64,000 bases of DNA from positions 1 through 64,000 of the forward strand of contig JAPMXV010000073.1 of NCBI GenBank assembly GCA_026936335.1. The letters run 5' to 3'. Shown here piece after piece: positions 38,601 to 51,249 of the stretch. A program made the translations under genes and the position numbers. Below the pieces are notes generated by a model. It saw only the letters and a program-made list of their open reading frames with translations, did not search any database and was not told the origin of the DNA. The stretch is from Mantamonas sphyraenae STR306 (Eukaryota > Protista > CRuMs). Positions within the stretch are counted from its first letter, which is position 1. Every line of letters starts with the position of its first letter.

Positions 38601-38768
38601 GCTTGTCTGTGTGTCGTCCACCGTCATGTCGTCGGTGTGGCTGGTGAGCTTTGCTACCGCGCGCATCTGCTGACGTTTGGGCGCAGGGGTGGCGTCCACC
38701 AATTGGCCGACTTCCTCATCAGCCACATCCTCCTCTCCTCCATCCACTGCGCTACGCTTGCGGGACAT
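35628..38768 (-). CDS. F-box protein copy 3
   Basis: Exon 1 at 38768-38599, intron 38598-38500, in frame with the 965-aa ORF. Confidence 0.85.
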
Positions 38769-40349
38769 GAATGTGTGTCCTCAGTGGTGGCCTTGAATGT
38801 GGAGTTCCTGTGGCAAAGCCCGAGCACCCACAGTGGCGTCGTCTGTGACACCCTCCCTCTCAGTCGCCCATACCCATCCCCTCTCTTTCTCCTCTCTGTT
38901 CACACCCGCACCGGCTGCGAAGCACACCGAAAAGAGTGCACCTGCCATTGTGCGAGGTGTGTGCTGTGGCTGCTCTCCACAAAGGCCGATTGAACAACCC
39001 AAACACATCCATCGACTGATTCCATGCATTCCCCACCCTCTTCCATGTGTACCCCTGTTTCGCTTGCCCTGGGGCGCGGTGTGCTGGGGATTCGAGCGAG
39101 TGATCAGGAATCCGCCAGATTTTCACCAGTTCGCCCACCAGCCTTCGTCCTGCAACCCAGCGTCCCTGGACATCCCCCATACCGATCATCCAACGCCATC
39201 TTTATTCCCTCTGTGCTTCCCCTGCACCCCGTGCATGCTCACCACCCCATGTTGTCCCCACTCCTTCCTCCACGTTTGCGTTTTGCACCCCGTTTGCACT
39301 GCTTCCAGCTTTCCACTCACCCAAATTCTCCTTGCCCTCCCTTTGCTGCCACCCACGACCATTGAACAGGTTGCTTTGCACATCCTTGCCTCGTGTGTCC
39401 TCCCAATCCAACGCCAAATCCACCATGGTGTTCACATCCGTCCAGAGGTGCCTGTGCATGTCCCCACGTGCATTGCGGCATCCGTCGTTGTGTGTTCTTC
39501 TGTTCGGGGCTGCCAGCAAAAGCCCGCAGCTCCCGCGTCTCCTCTCCCCACCCTGTCGTCGTCCAACGACACAGCGGAAACGTCCATCGCTCACATCCTC
39601 CCAGCTGCCGTTGTCCTCATTGCTGTGTTCCACCGTGTCATCCACACTCGATAGGGGCAACCTGCGTCTCATGGGGTCCCCTTTTGGCCAGTGCCGTGCT
39701 TGTCCTTTTGGTCCATCGGGCGCCGACAAAAACCAAAAGACGAGGCTGACTCCACTTTCTCCCCTTCCTTACCCCCTCCATCCTTTCCTGCACCATTTCC
39801 CACACACCACCCAAGTGTCATGACACCCAAATCCAGGCGTCTGTCCATCCTCCTCTTCCCCGTCTCCCTTTCCATTCTTCAAGCAATCCATTCCCAACTC
39901 CTTCCTTCTCTCCCTCGTCTTCCTCAGCTACGCTGTGTCCCATTTTGCTTCTCCACGCCCACCCTCCCCTCAGTGTCCCTCCATCTTCCCTCCCACCCTG
40001 ATGCTCAACAGCAGCTGACATGTGCGTGTGCATCCCATGTGCCGTTTGATCTCCCCCCCTACTTCCATGTCATCCTCCCACACCAAACAAGCACCAGGTT
40101 GGCCCTGTGCGTTTCATCCCTGGGTTTCCTTTCTGCCCTTATGACGGAATGGGGCCGAGGGTGGCCAAATGCCTTTGTCACACGCTCTCTGTGCAAGCCA
40201 TCCGCCCCGCTCCACCCCGGAGTGCTTCCCCACCTCTTTGGGCATGTGGATTCTGCATTCATTTCCACCTGGCGATCATTCCACGTTGGGTTCACCCTAT
40301 TTGGCACCCATTCTGCTGCTCCATTCCACCGCCGTGTCGGCGCTGCTCT

Positions 40350-40595
40350 TGGCCCGGCCTCTCACGTGCCACTGCACAGCCCATCAGACTCCAGACTCAA
40401 TGACACCCCGCACATGGGTGATTTCCATCCATGGTGTCACCGACAAGACACAAGAATGTGTTTGTGACGCACACAGCGTCGTTTTCCATTTTGGCCAGAT
40501 TTTGGCAGTTTTTGGCAGATTTTGGCAGAATTTGCTCGATTTTGGCTCGGCCATGGCCCGGCCCTTTGGCACCTTTTTTGATTGAACTTTGGCCC
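40350..40595 (+). repeat. Dispersed repeat copy C (5'-truncated) with a 10-bp TTTTGGCAGA array
   Basis: Matches ~26948-27190. Confidence 0.85.
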
Positions 40596-40893
40596 TGCGC
40601 CCGCCACATGCCCGGTTTCCCCCATCTTGTCCGACACAGCTTGCAACAGGTGCTGCACCAGAACAACACATTGCAAGCATGGCACGGCCACTTGATACTC
40701 TTTTGCTGCGTCCGAGGAAGAAAGGTGTTGTGTCGGCCCCACTTTGCTTGCACATTGCCAATCGAGTGAACAAAGGCAATTCCACCGCCACTGCCCATGC
40801 CAGATCTGCGCTCTTGGTGGTGGTTGATGGATGGGGTGTGCCATGCGACGGGTGTGACACAACAACACGAAACACACACACAGTGGGGGAACA

Positions 40894-43022
40894 ATGAGCA
40901 CAATCGCACGGGGCAAGGGCAAGGGCAAGGGCCAGGCAGGCAGCAGCAGCAACACCAACCATGGGATGGGCAGTGCGCATGGTCTGTCCACGGATGGACC
41001 TGACCATTACCTGCAGTCGGAGCGCACAAAGGCGTACGGCCCTCTTTCGCCGCTGCAGGGCAAGGCAGGACCCGACACATCGCCGGCAGTGCGCACGCTG
41101 TATCATGACATGTACAAGAGTGGCCTGTGTACCGATGTGGAGATTGTGCTGGAAGGACTGGATGGGGCGGGTGAGTTGGAGCAAGGGGAAGAAACGAGAA
41201 GCAAAAGCAAAAAGCGGGGCAGCAGAGTGGCACACACACACACACACTGTGGGTTGCTGACACCAAAATGGGGGGAAATTGGATGACGAATGATGACGGG
41301 ACACACCTACCCGACAGATGGGGAGGAGTTGGGAGGAAAGGATGTGGTGCTTCGTGCACACCGTTCGTTTCTGTGTCTGCACAGCGGAATGTGGCGGTAT
41401 CTGCTGGAGGTTGAGGACGGGGCAGCAGCGTCGTCGGGGGCAGCGGTGTGGAACACAGCGGGGAGGATGGACAGGGAGGAGGGATGTTTCGAATGGTGGT
41501 GAAGCGGGGAACACAGAGTGTGGGTGTGTTGCGTGCAATGGAAGTGGCTGTGGGGTGGTGCTACGGCGGTACCCTGCCTGTGACCAACGTGGAGCTGTGT
41601 TACAGTCTGTTGGCCGTGGCACAGTTCTGGCTGATGCCCATGCTGACGGAGCATGTGATGCAGTGGGTGGGACAGGAACATGATGCAGAGACACTGGTGA
41701 GGATGTGTCGTGGGGGCAGTCTCGTGGGGGCCATGGGTGTCGCCGAGGTGGTGCACTCCAATGTGTACCATGCAAGTGTGTTGCGGGTGGCAAAGAAGTG
41801 GGACAAGGTGGCATATGCGGTGAGTTGTGGCATGGTGGCACGTGGGGCGTTTGGGTTTATGCGGGGCTGTGTGTTTGTGGCGATGGTCAAGGTGGCGTTG
41901 GAGCAGCATGGGGAGGAGGGAGTGGACAAGAGGAAGCTGGCACGGGTGGTGGGTGGGTATTTGGACAGTGTGGATGTGGAGGAGATGGTGGAGGCGGAGG
42001 AGGTGGAGTACTTGAGTGCATTGTTGGACGGCGTGAAGCATGACGAGGAGATGGGTTTGCTGAAGGCGGCACTGGCAACAGGTGCGAGTGAGGATGTGGT
42101 GAGAGAATTGTGTGTGTCAATTTCAGACAAGCTGGATGATCTTCGGGAGATGGGCGCGTGAACATGAGCGGGCTGCCGGTGTGGGTGGCAGAGTTGATTC
42201 TGAGTGCCGATGGGATCAAGGTGTGGACCATGAGGACGATGTGCTTGAGATTGTGGAGAGGTATGTAGAGGAACATGATGGGGAGGAGGAGGAGGAAGGG
42301 TGGGAGAGGCGGATGTATGGGTGTGTGCGGTTTGGGTTGTTGAGTCCGGAACGTCTGTACGGGATGAAAGTGGACGGAGAGTGGGACACGCGGTATGTGG
42401 ACTTGGTGGTGTTGACGAATGGTTTGGAAGATGCCCTGAGACTCAAGAGCGGCCAGGAACCAGTCCACAGCAAGAAACGAGAGTTTGGAGAAGCGATTGT
42501 CCCGAGCCTGGACTGGGACCGGGTCGACCAAAGCCGAGGAACATTCACGGAGGAGAGCATGGAGGAGAGTAGAGGGTATTGGACAACATGGATTGGCAAG
42601 AAGAAGCTGCGCTCGGGACAGCGATGGAGCGTGCGTGTGGACCGATTATCCGACGGCATGATCGGAATCTGCAACAGCACCTGTGATCCCAGAAGGAAAT
42701 ACGTTGGTAAGTCATCACATCTCAGAAACACCATACACCGAGTACTGACACCACATGGCTCACAGGCGGCATGCAGGGGAGCTATAGCTGGTACACGTAC
42801 AGCTCGGGTGCAACCACGTTCAGAAATGGAAGTGGAACCAACATTACCACGCGCTTCAAGCAAGGCGACATTGTGACGGTGGAGCTGGACACTACGGCCC
42901 ACACACTGACCTTCTCCCGCAATGGCAATGTCGACGTCACCATCGACAACATTGACGACGACCCATGGTACCCTGCTTTCAGCTGCTACAACTCCAGGAT
43001 GACCATTGTACCCACACCATAG
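40894..43022 (+). pseudogene. BTB-BACK-SPRY protein (Cullin3 adaptor type) with about 3 frameshifts
   Basis: TDVEIV/LRAHRSFL, WCYGG...LLAVAQFWLMPML (BTB). LILSADGIKV-DHEDDVLEIVERY, VRFGLL (BACK). FKQGDIVTVELD, WYPAFS (SPRY). Introns 41171-41317 and 42707-42765. Shifts near 41460, 42160 and 42224. Confidence 0.78.
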
Positions 43023-43685
43023 ACCAATCAGAGGAATCTGTACTTTCATTGTGTCTCGATGATGAACCACGCATAATCCCGCCATGGTCACCAGATCCAT
43101 GCCTGCCACACCCCGTCATCGGCTCTCCTCGACGAGCCAGCTCCGCATGCCCTGAATCCAACCAAGATCTCGATATGGATGATAATGGGAGTTGGAAGAT
43201 GGCTTACGGTGCCTTGCAACGGTACCTGAGGTGGACTGACACGTGCCGTGCGAGCAAAATGCCATGTCAGCGCGTGGCAGCAGACAGTTCCATTCGACTC
43301 CTGCACTCGACGCTGCACGTGCTGCATCTCATCATCACCCATCTCGAGAGCGGAGGAGTGACGGCATCGGGAACAGGCCCGGTGGACAACGGCGCTGAAA
43401 CTCGACAACACCCGTCTTCCATGCCCACATGGGCCACATCCCTGGACGAGGGAAGTGACAACAGCACATACTGCATACACTCTCTCATTATTTATCCACA
43501 CCCTTGCAAGACAGATCATCCTGGGCATCCATGGCTTCCCCTTGCGAGTTGAGACCCCACTCCCATCCAACCCCACTTCCCCCCCATGTGCAACACCCTC
43601 TCTCTCCTTCTCATTTGCGCCAACAACAACGATTGAAATGATTTTGTGCCACCCTCACACCTTCATTGCCCCCCTCCCCCTCCCG

Positions 43686-44867
43686 TCATGTGCTGTGCCC
43701 ACCATGTGCCTCCCGCATGTGGTCATACGTGGCCCCACTTGTGGTGAAGCCAAGGCCACACTTGTAGCACACATGGGTGCCACACACACACGCCACATGG
43801 TTGCATCCGCTCTCCTTGGCCAGCCCATGCCCACACGTGGGACACTGCCTCCACCCACTGCCTCGCCACAGCATCCCCAGCAGCTCATCCCCACGTCGGT
43901 TGTCCCTTGCCCACTGCTGGTACTTGCGACAGTCATGGTTGCCCCTTCCGTCGTCATCCCAGTGCACCTTGCACCCGTGGCACCACGCCTTGCCACATCG
44001 CTCACACTCGCATCGTGTGCTGCCCTGTCTCCGTGCCACCGCAGGATCCACCTTGCCCTCGCAGTCTGGCGTCACACACGCATGCCACTTGGCTGTGCGC
44101 ACATCCCATGCCAGCTTGGCCAGCGCCTCCTTGTCCCGCTTGCTCTGCAGCACCCTCATCGCCGTCTTGGTCGACACCCTCACCTCCTTCTTCTTCTGCT
44201 GCCCCTTCCCACCCGCCCAGCACATGCGACAGCGCAGAGGCATCATCCGCGACTCCACCTGCGCTGCAATGTCCATCCTGGCACAGTCCAGACACATCCT
44301 GTGCTCACATCGGGTGCCCAGAAAGGCCATCCCACTCTGCTCCTTGCTCTCCTCGCACACAGCGCAAGGGTAGCAGTGGTGGAACTTGCACTGGTCTCCG
44401 TGCTTGCAATCCTCCCCATGCTTGCACACACGCACTCCCTCGGCCCCACACGCCTTGCATCCTCCCTTGCTCTTGCTCTTGCTCCTGTTCTTGCTCTTGC
44501 TCTTCTCCACCTGTGTCTTGCTGCCTGCCCGTGTGCTCAGTGTCACTGTGCTCCGTCCCATGTGCACCTGTGTCACGCAGTGGTGGTCGCGGCATCGCTC
44601 TGGGCCGTACCGACACTTCTCGCCCCATGTGCAGTTCTTGTCCTTGGTCGTCTTTGCCCTGCATGTCCCACACACCCTCATCCTCCTGGTGCTGCTGCTG
44701 CTGCTGCTCTTGTGCTGTGTCTGCTCCTTGTCTGTGTCTGTGGTGCTGGTGGTTGTGCAGTGGTGGTTGCGACACTCCCCGGGGCCAAATCGGCACCGTG
44801 TGCCCCAGGTGCAGTTCTTCGGCTTGTCCGTCTGTGTTCCGCATGTGTTGCATGTGCGTGTGCTCAT
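43686..44867 (-). CDS. Zinc-finger header(s) + RBR (RING1-IBR-RING2) E3 ligase
   Basis: MSTRTCNTC...CRNHHC, two more related fingers, CAVC...CEHRMCLDC...CRMC, CVTPDC...CERCGKAWCHGCKVHW, QCPTCGHGLAKESGCNHVACVCGTHVCYKC. Confidence 0.87.
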   Translation of the reverse strand: MSTRTCNTCGTQTDKPKNCTWGTRCRFGPGECRNHHCTTTSTTDTDKEQTQHKSSSSSSTRRMRVCGTCRAKTTKDKNCTWGEKCRYGPERCRDHHCVTQVHMGRSTVTLSTRAGSKTQVEKSKSKNRSKSKSKGGCKACGAEGVRVCKHGEDCKHGDQCKFHHCYPCAVCEESKEQSGMAFLGTRCEHRMCLDCARMDIAAQVESRMMPLRCRMCWAGGKGQQKKKEVRVSTKTAMRVLQSKRDKEALAKLAWDVRTAKWHACVTPDCEGKVDPAVARRQGSTRCECERCGKAWCHGCKVHWDDDGRGNHDCRKYQQWARDNRRGDELLGMLWRGSGWRQCPTCGHGLAKESGCNHVACVCGTHVCYKCGLGFTTSGATYDHMREAHGGHST

Positions 44868-45197
44868 CCTGCGATTGAGTTGGTGTGGACATCGCATCGC
44901 CATCCTGGTCGCTTTTCCCTCTGCAGTGAGTGTGTGTGTGCAGTTGCGGAGAGTGCAGTGTTTGTGTGCAGTTGCCGAATTTCCTGGGGCCCTGTTCAAA
45001 AATCCGCCCACCGCCCACTGCCCCCACCCACCCAACCCAACCCAACCCAACCCAACACACACACACAACCATGAGCACACGCACATGCAACACATGCGGA
45101 ACACAGACGGACAAGCCCCAGGACTGCACATGGGGCACACGGTGCCGATTTGGCCCCGAGCAGTGTCGCAACCACCACTGCACAACCACCAGCACCA
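44741..45197. repeat. 127-bp inverted repeat (44741-44867 / 45071-45197) starting at two divergent ATGs; (CCCAA)n in the spacer
   Basis: By eye, the arms differ at about 6 positions. Confidence 0.92.
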
Positions 45198-46096
45198 ACA
45201 CACCCAACACCGCCGCCGCCGCCGCCAAGACGACCAAGGCAAAGCCAGGAAGGAGCATGACCCACCGATCCAGCAAGATCACCACGGAGACGAAGCGAGT
45301 GGCCAAGGCGCCGTTTGACCTGGTCTTCCTGGTCGACACGAGCACGTCCATGCAGGGCGATCGCATGTCTGCAGCCGCCGCTGGGTTCCGCGCCGTTGTG
45401 GGTGCCCTGCGCGATTGCGACCGGGTGAGCCTGTACACCTTTGCGGACAAGGTGAGGAGGGTGTTTGGGCCACTCAAGGCAGCCAAGGTGGATCTGGACA
45501 AGGCGGTGGGCACGCTGGAGGAGGCGTGTGGCAGCCATGGCAGTGGGGTGGAGCAGTTGCTGCAGGCACGGATGACGGATGAGGATCTGGCGAGGGTGTT
45601 GCGGGATCAGGCAGGCAGCAGCGCCTTCCAGCCGGACGGATACACGGCGCTGTACGACGGCATGGACACGGTGATGGACGCCATGGCACAGTGGCAGACA
45701 CGGAGCAACGCAGGAAAGAGTGCAGGCGCCAACCTGGTGGTGATCACCGATGGGGAGGACACGGCGTCGGTGCAGGCTGGGGCCAGGGACGTGACAGCCA
45801 AGCTGGGGGCAAGTGGCATCCGCAACTTTCACATGCACTTTGTGGGAGTGGGGCTGGACAGGAGGACGGGGGCAAGGTATGCCAGCATGTGCAAGGCGTG
45901 GACACACACACGCATGTGGCACAGCAAGGACGCAGAGGATCTGGGCACGCATCTGAAGCGCATCAGCACGATGGTGGTGGAGCAGATGGTGCAGGAGGAC
46001 AGGGAGGTCAAGGTGCATGTGCGCGAGCGACGCAGGCGCAAGGTGATTGGCCAGCGAAGGGTCAAGGACGATGGGGAGGGCAGTGGGAGGAAGTGA
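45071..46096 (+). CDS. Zinc-finger header + von Willebrand A domain protein
   Basis: MSTRTCNTC header. MIDAS motifs FLVDTSTSM, GYTALYDGM, LVVITDGED. Confidence 0.87.
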   Translation: MSTRTCNTCGTQTDKPQDCTWGTRCRFGPEQCRNHHCTTTSTNTPNTAAAAAKTTKAKPGRSMTHRSSKITTETKRVAKAPFDLVFLVDTSTSMQGDRMSAAAAGFRAVVGALRDCDRVSLYTFADKVRRVFGPLKAAKVDLDKAVGTLEEACGSHGSGVEQLLQARMTDEDLARVLRDQAGSSAFQPDGYTALYDGMDTVMDAMAQWQTRSNAGKSAGANLVVITDGEDTASVQAGARDVTAKLGASGIRNFHMHFVGVGLDRRTGARYASMCKAWTHTRMWHSKDAEDLGTHLKRISTMVVEQMVQEDREVKVHVRERRRRKVIGQRRVKDDGEGSGRK

Positions 46097-46270
46097 AGAA
46101 ATGCAGGAGAATGGCACACACATTCATGCAGAGAGGTAGAGAGAGAGGAGGAAGAGGTGGTGTCTATTTGGACACTTGCAATGGGTACGGATGGGCATGT
46201 GTGTGGAGATGGAAAACTGGGGTTGCGCCAATCGCCACACACACGCGCCCCAAATGGCAGGGTGAACACA

Positions 46271-48178
46271 TCACCTTACCTCTGAGCACTCGTGCGACTT
46301 GCCGCCCGGTGGATCGCCCACCCACGCCCGTGTCACTCCAGCCGGATCGAAATAAACGGCACGTGGTGGTTGGGAAACGGCACTCGTTTGCGGTAGAGCT
46401 CCTTTCGGAGAACAGGCGCGTTGACACACTTTGGAAAACCCAGCTGCCCGGAAGCACTTTCGCCGTTTGCCAAGCTTGGGAACGTCCAATGACAGCACCA
46501 CCCATCGATTGTACGTTTTGATGCCTGTCGACACGTGGAGACCCTTGCTCTTGCGCAGAGAGCGCACCTCCTCGCTCAGTGCGTCCAACCTGCTCCATGC
46601 TCGCTGCACCTCCTGGAGCACAGGCGCCTTGGCCGCACACTCGCCCAATTCCTTCCTCACTGTGTCTGGGAGCTTCCCGATGGAAAGGCGCGCATCCAGC
46701 ACGTCCTTCCACAAACGACGCATCTGCGGCAACTTGGCCTTGAGCTGCTTCAGGCTCTTGAGCGTCTTTGGCAGATCGATCACCGTCTTGATCATCTGGT
46801 CCACCTGCGTGATGCCCTGATGATGCCTTCAATGGTCTCCAGGTCCGTCTTGTCCACCGCCGCCACTGCCTTTTTCACAGCCAAGATGTTTGCAGAGATG
46901 GCTCGGATCGCCCCACCTGCCTGCTGCAGCACGTCCATGAATCCCACCACCGACTTGTTCACAGCACCCAAGGCACCGTCTCGCTTCTGTGCCACGCTTC
47001 CCTTGCAGCTGGCAGCAGCCACTTCACCGGGCAGGCGAGCAGGCACAGTTTTCAGCGCCGTCACAAGGCCCTGCACTGCCTCAGACGCACGCTCATACAT
47101 CGCATGCAGCGGATCCAACACCTTGCTGAATCCAGACTTGATCGTTTCGCCTGCGCTTTGCAGGTATGCGATGTAAAACTGCGCCACCGTAGCACAGCCA
47201 GCGCCCAGACTTGCCACGCACACAGCCACACGCACGCTCAGGTCCTGGTACGCCGCCAAGCCCAACTCGGGCAGCTCGATGGTCCAAGCGAATAGTCCGC
47301 GACGCTTGGGGCGGATGATGGAAGCCAGAGCCTGTGCCTTGTTGTCCTGCACGTTGAAACCTTGGGTCAGTGCACACTCGGTCAGCTGCGTCAACAACTT
47401 GGTGGGCATCACATCGCCTCCGCTGGACATTGTTTCCCTGATGTTGACCTGCTTGAGCACGGGTAGACACTTGCAGGCCGCCACCAGAGGCGTCAACATG
47501 TGCGGCGGGCACAGACTCGTCTTGCGCTTGCGAATGGTCAAGCCGCACGGAGAGTGCACGTGTTTGCGTGTCTTGCACGACACGGGTACGTGGGTGCACA
47601 CACGCTTTCGTGAGTGGCACCCTGAGCACCGGCACTTTGTCGACACACTTTTCCTGCTCCTGCAGCGGTCCCACTTTTTCCACGACACCCACTTTTTGCG
47701 CAAACAACGCGAGCAGCGGCACTTTGTCTTGACCGTCTTGCGTGTCTTGCATCGCGTCGGCTGGTTCCAGCACCTCTTTCGCCGCAGAACGCGCTTGCAG
47801 CGGCGTTCCATCCCTGGGACACACACCCTTTTCGAGCACGTTCGACAACCCGGCACGCACACTTTGCGCCGTCCTTTCCGGAACCCAGGCACGCACACGC
47901 GTTTGGAACACGAATGGCATCCGAAAACGCATACTTGCGTACACTTGAGAATGTTGCCAGGCACACACACGCTCTTGTCACAGTGTTTCACGCTCGCCGA
48001 CGATGGAACCGAGCGCTGACGGGGCGCAAACTCGTGCAGCCGCTCCATCGCACATCGCGGCAAACTCGGACACGTCCGCGTCTGCGTCGACCACTTCCTC
48101 GCTTTGGCACAAACACGTGTGTGCGATCGTCAGGAGGATCGCCACCATCAACGCGCTTCGCAGCGCACCCGCTTGCAT
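46271..48178 (-). pseudogene. Secreted-type Cys/Lys/Arg-rich repeat protein with helical C-terminus, frameshifted
   Basis: Signal-like MQAGALRSALMVAILLTIAHTCLC, repeats CSKRVCVPG. Pieces in ORFs 47978-48412, 46792-48063 and 46271-46804. Confidence 0.55.
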
Positions 48179-48670
48179 CGTGGGTTTTGTTGGGCATCCC
48201 ACAGCCAAACATTGCAACAGCTGATCCCATGGAGCCCATGCATGCGGTTCATTGCATGACACATGTGCCTGTGCATTGTCCACGTGGATCGAGTGGGTGG
48301 AACAAGCAGATGGCTTTGGCCACGATGATGGGTTTGTTGAACGGCCAATTGGGATCGAGATTGAGTCGCAGGATGGCGGGGAACAACAATGGGAACCATT
48401 GTGGATGACCATGGATGAGGGAATATCAGCAGCTGCGGTGCGCAGTGGGGACTACGCTTATCCTTTCACCCGTGGGTTTCATGGAGGGAGGGCTTCATTG
48501 AGAGTTGTGGAGAAAGACACACGCAGAGAGAGAGAGTGTGTGTGTGTCTTCAGTGACGTACAGGGGGTGGTGAGGTCGGGAAGGGTCATTGTGTGTGGCC
48601 AAAAACCCTCTCGCGTCACACTTGATCTTGCGCTGCTTGCTCACGCGGCCGACGTACAGACACGTTCAAG

Positions 48671-50632
48671 ATGAGTGAAGGACTGAGCGATGAGGAATGG
48701 ATAAATTTGCTGCATGGCGGTGATGAGCAAGCAATCAGTGAAGCCTTGGCAAGTGCTGGCAAAGTAAGTGTGGTGGATTTGAGGAGCATCCCTTCCGTGA
48801 TGAGGTCATGAGTGGCAGTAGACTGGGAAACTGACGGCACATCGCAGGAGCTGGACCTCGAGGACATCATGATCGGTGTCGAAGGTGCAGCTGCGTTGGG
48901 CACAGCACTGGCACAGAACAGCACATTGCAGAAGCTGTACCTCAGTCACAACAAGATCGGCGACGAAGGGGCAGCTGCGTTGGGAACGGGACTGGCACAA
49001 AACAGACCATTGCAGGAGCTGGACCTCAGAGGCAACCAGATTGGCGACGAAGGGGCAGCTGCGTTGGGAACGGGACTGGCACAGAACAGCACATTGCAGG
49101 AGCTGGACCTCAGAGGCAACCAGATTGGCGCCGAAGGGGCAGTTGCGTTGGTCACGGGACTGGCACAGAACAGCACATTGCAGAAGCTGTACATCAGTTA
49201 CAACAAGATCGGCGACGAAGGGGCAGCTGCGTTGGGAACGGGACTGGCACAAAACAGAACATTGCAGGAGCTGGACCTCAGAGGCAACCAGATTGGCGCC
49301 GAAGGGGCAGTTGCGTTGGTCACCGGACTGGCACAGAACAGCTCATTGCAGGTGCTGAACCTCAATGACAACAAGATCGGCGACGAAGGGGCAGCTGCGT
49401 TGGTCACGGGACTGGCACAAAACAGAACATTGCAGGAGCTGTACCTCGGAGGCAACCAGATTGGCGCCGAAGGGACAGCTGCGTTGGCCACAGCACTGGC
49501 ACAGAACAGAACATTGAAGGAGCTGGCCCTCGGTGGCAACAAGATCGGGGACGAAGGGGCAGCTGCGTTGGGAACGGGACTGGCACAGAACAGCACATTG
49601 AAGACGCTGGACCTCAGGAACAACCAGATTGGTGCCGAAGGGGCAGCTGCGCTAGGCAGAGTACTGGCACAGAACAGCACATTGCAGAAGCTGGACCTCA
49701 ACCACAACGAGATCGGGGACGAAGGGGCAGCTGCGTTGGCCACAGTACTGGCACAGAACAGTACATTGCAGGTGCTGGACCTCAACCACAACGAGATCGG
49801 GTACGAGGGGGCAGCTGCATTGGGCACAGCACTGGCACAGAACAGAACATTGCAGGTGCTGGACCTCAACCACAACGAGATCGGGGACGAAGGGGCAGCT
49901 GCGTTGGGCACAGTACTGGCACAGAATAGCACCTTGCAGAAGTTGAACCTCAACCACAACGAGATCGGGGACGAAGGAGCAGCTGCGTTGGGAACGGGAC
50001 TGGCACAGAACAGAACATTGCAGACATTGTGGATGTCTTCCTCGATCCCAAAGCTGACACGCAACAATCTGGCTCGCAATACCCAAAAGGCAACTGCCTT
50101 TGTCAACTCTGTCCGCAATGGTGATTTGGTGACCATGCAAGAACTCTTTGCATGGGGCGTTCATGTTGATGCGCTGGTGGACAAAGAACATTCCAAAACC
50201 CCGCTGCTAATCGCTGTTCAAGCAAATCAAGAAAAAGCTGCGAGAGCCTTGTTGGAGCATGGTGCCACTGTGACCCCTGATGTCAGGGAATGGATGGATG
50301 ATGTGGGCTGGTCAAGCGAGTGGCACTTTCTCTGGAGCCCACAGCTGGACAAGCAAATGGAGACGGCCATGGTGATGAACATGGAGGAGCGGGAAGTGAT
50401 GTTTGGCGCAGGGAGCATGGCCGAGTACGAGCCCACGGCTGAGTGGTGCACCCAGCCTGACGAGGTGTTATCGAGGGTCATGGGATGGCTGATACGACTG
50501 CCTGAGGAGCAGTCATCGACGCCAGCTGGTGGCAATCAAGCACGCAAGCGCCAGCTCGATGACGACGACGACGTAGTCAACACTACAGGCAACAATACCA
50601 GCACGAACGATACCAAACGGCAGCGTGTGTAG
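48671..50632 (+). CDS. LRR (14) + ankyrin + C-terminal F-box-like protein
   Basis: Exon 1 at 48671-48763 (MSEGLSDEEWINLLHGGD), intron 48764-48847. KTPLLIAVQANQEKAARALLEHGA, WCTQPDEVLSRVMGWL, ends KRQRV. Confidence 0.88.
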
Positions 50633-51249
50633 GCAATGTCTCTTTGCAAGCAGTCACACTTTGTGTTCTGTGCTCTCTTCCAGGACTGTAGCACATGGCA
50701 AGCGTTGGCTGGGATGTGGAAATGTGGAAGTGGTGTGTGGCTGGGGTCGACGACCGGAAAGACGACGGAAGATTGCGCGGAGCTCCTGCTCTGCCACCGT
50801 ACGCACGCAGCAAGGTGGAATACACCAGGGAGGCACATGGTATCATGCACAGTATGGGACGGGAACACGTGCCAGCAGGTTTGGCATGTTGTGGTGACAC
50901 CCGGGGCAGCGTCAACTTCTGCCAGAAACTGTGCCCTGCGCAGCGTGTATGTGCAGATACAACCCCAACGAACAGAGCCAAATGGTCATGGGCATGCACA
51001 CACACACACGAATCACCGCACATTGTGTGTGGTTGCATCGAGGACGACGCAGCAGTGGGGTGGGAATTCCACCCTTGGATTGCGACTGCATGCCGGGAAG
51101 ACCCCGTGGTTGTTGCGATCCCGATGCATGCAGTTTGCCAACACACTGTACTTGATGGTGATTCCACTGGCAAGAATGACAGTGGTACAACACAGCACAC
51201 AAAGAGCAAGAGAGACCACACCACAACCCAACACACCCAACCGCAAGAG

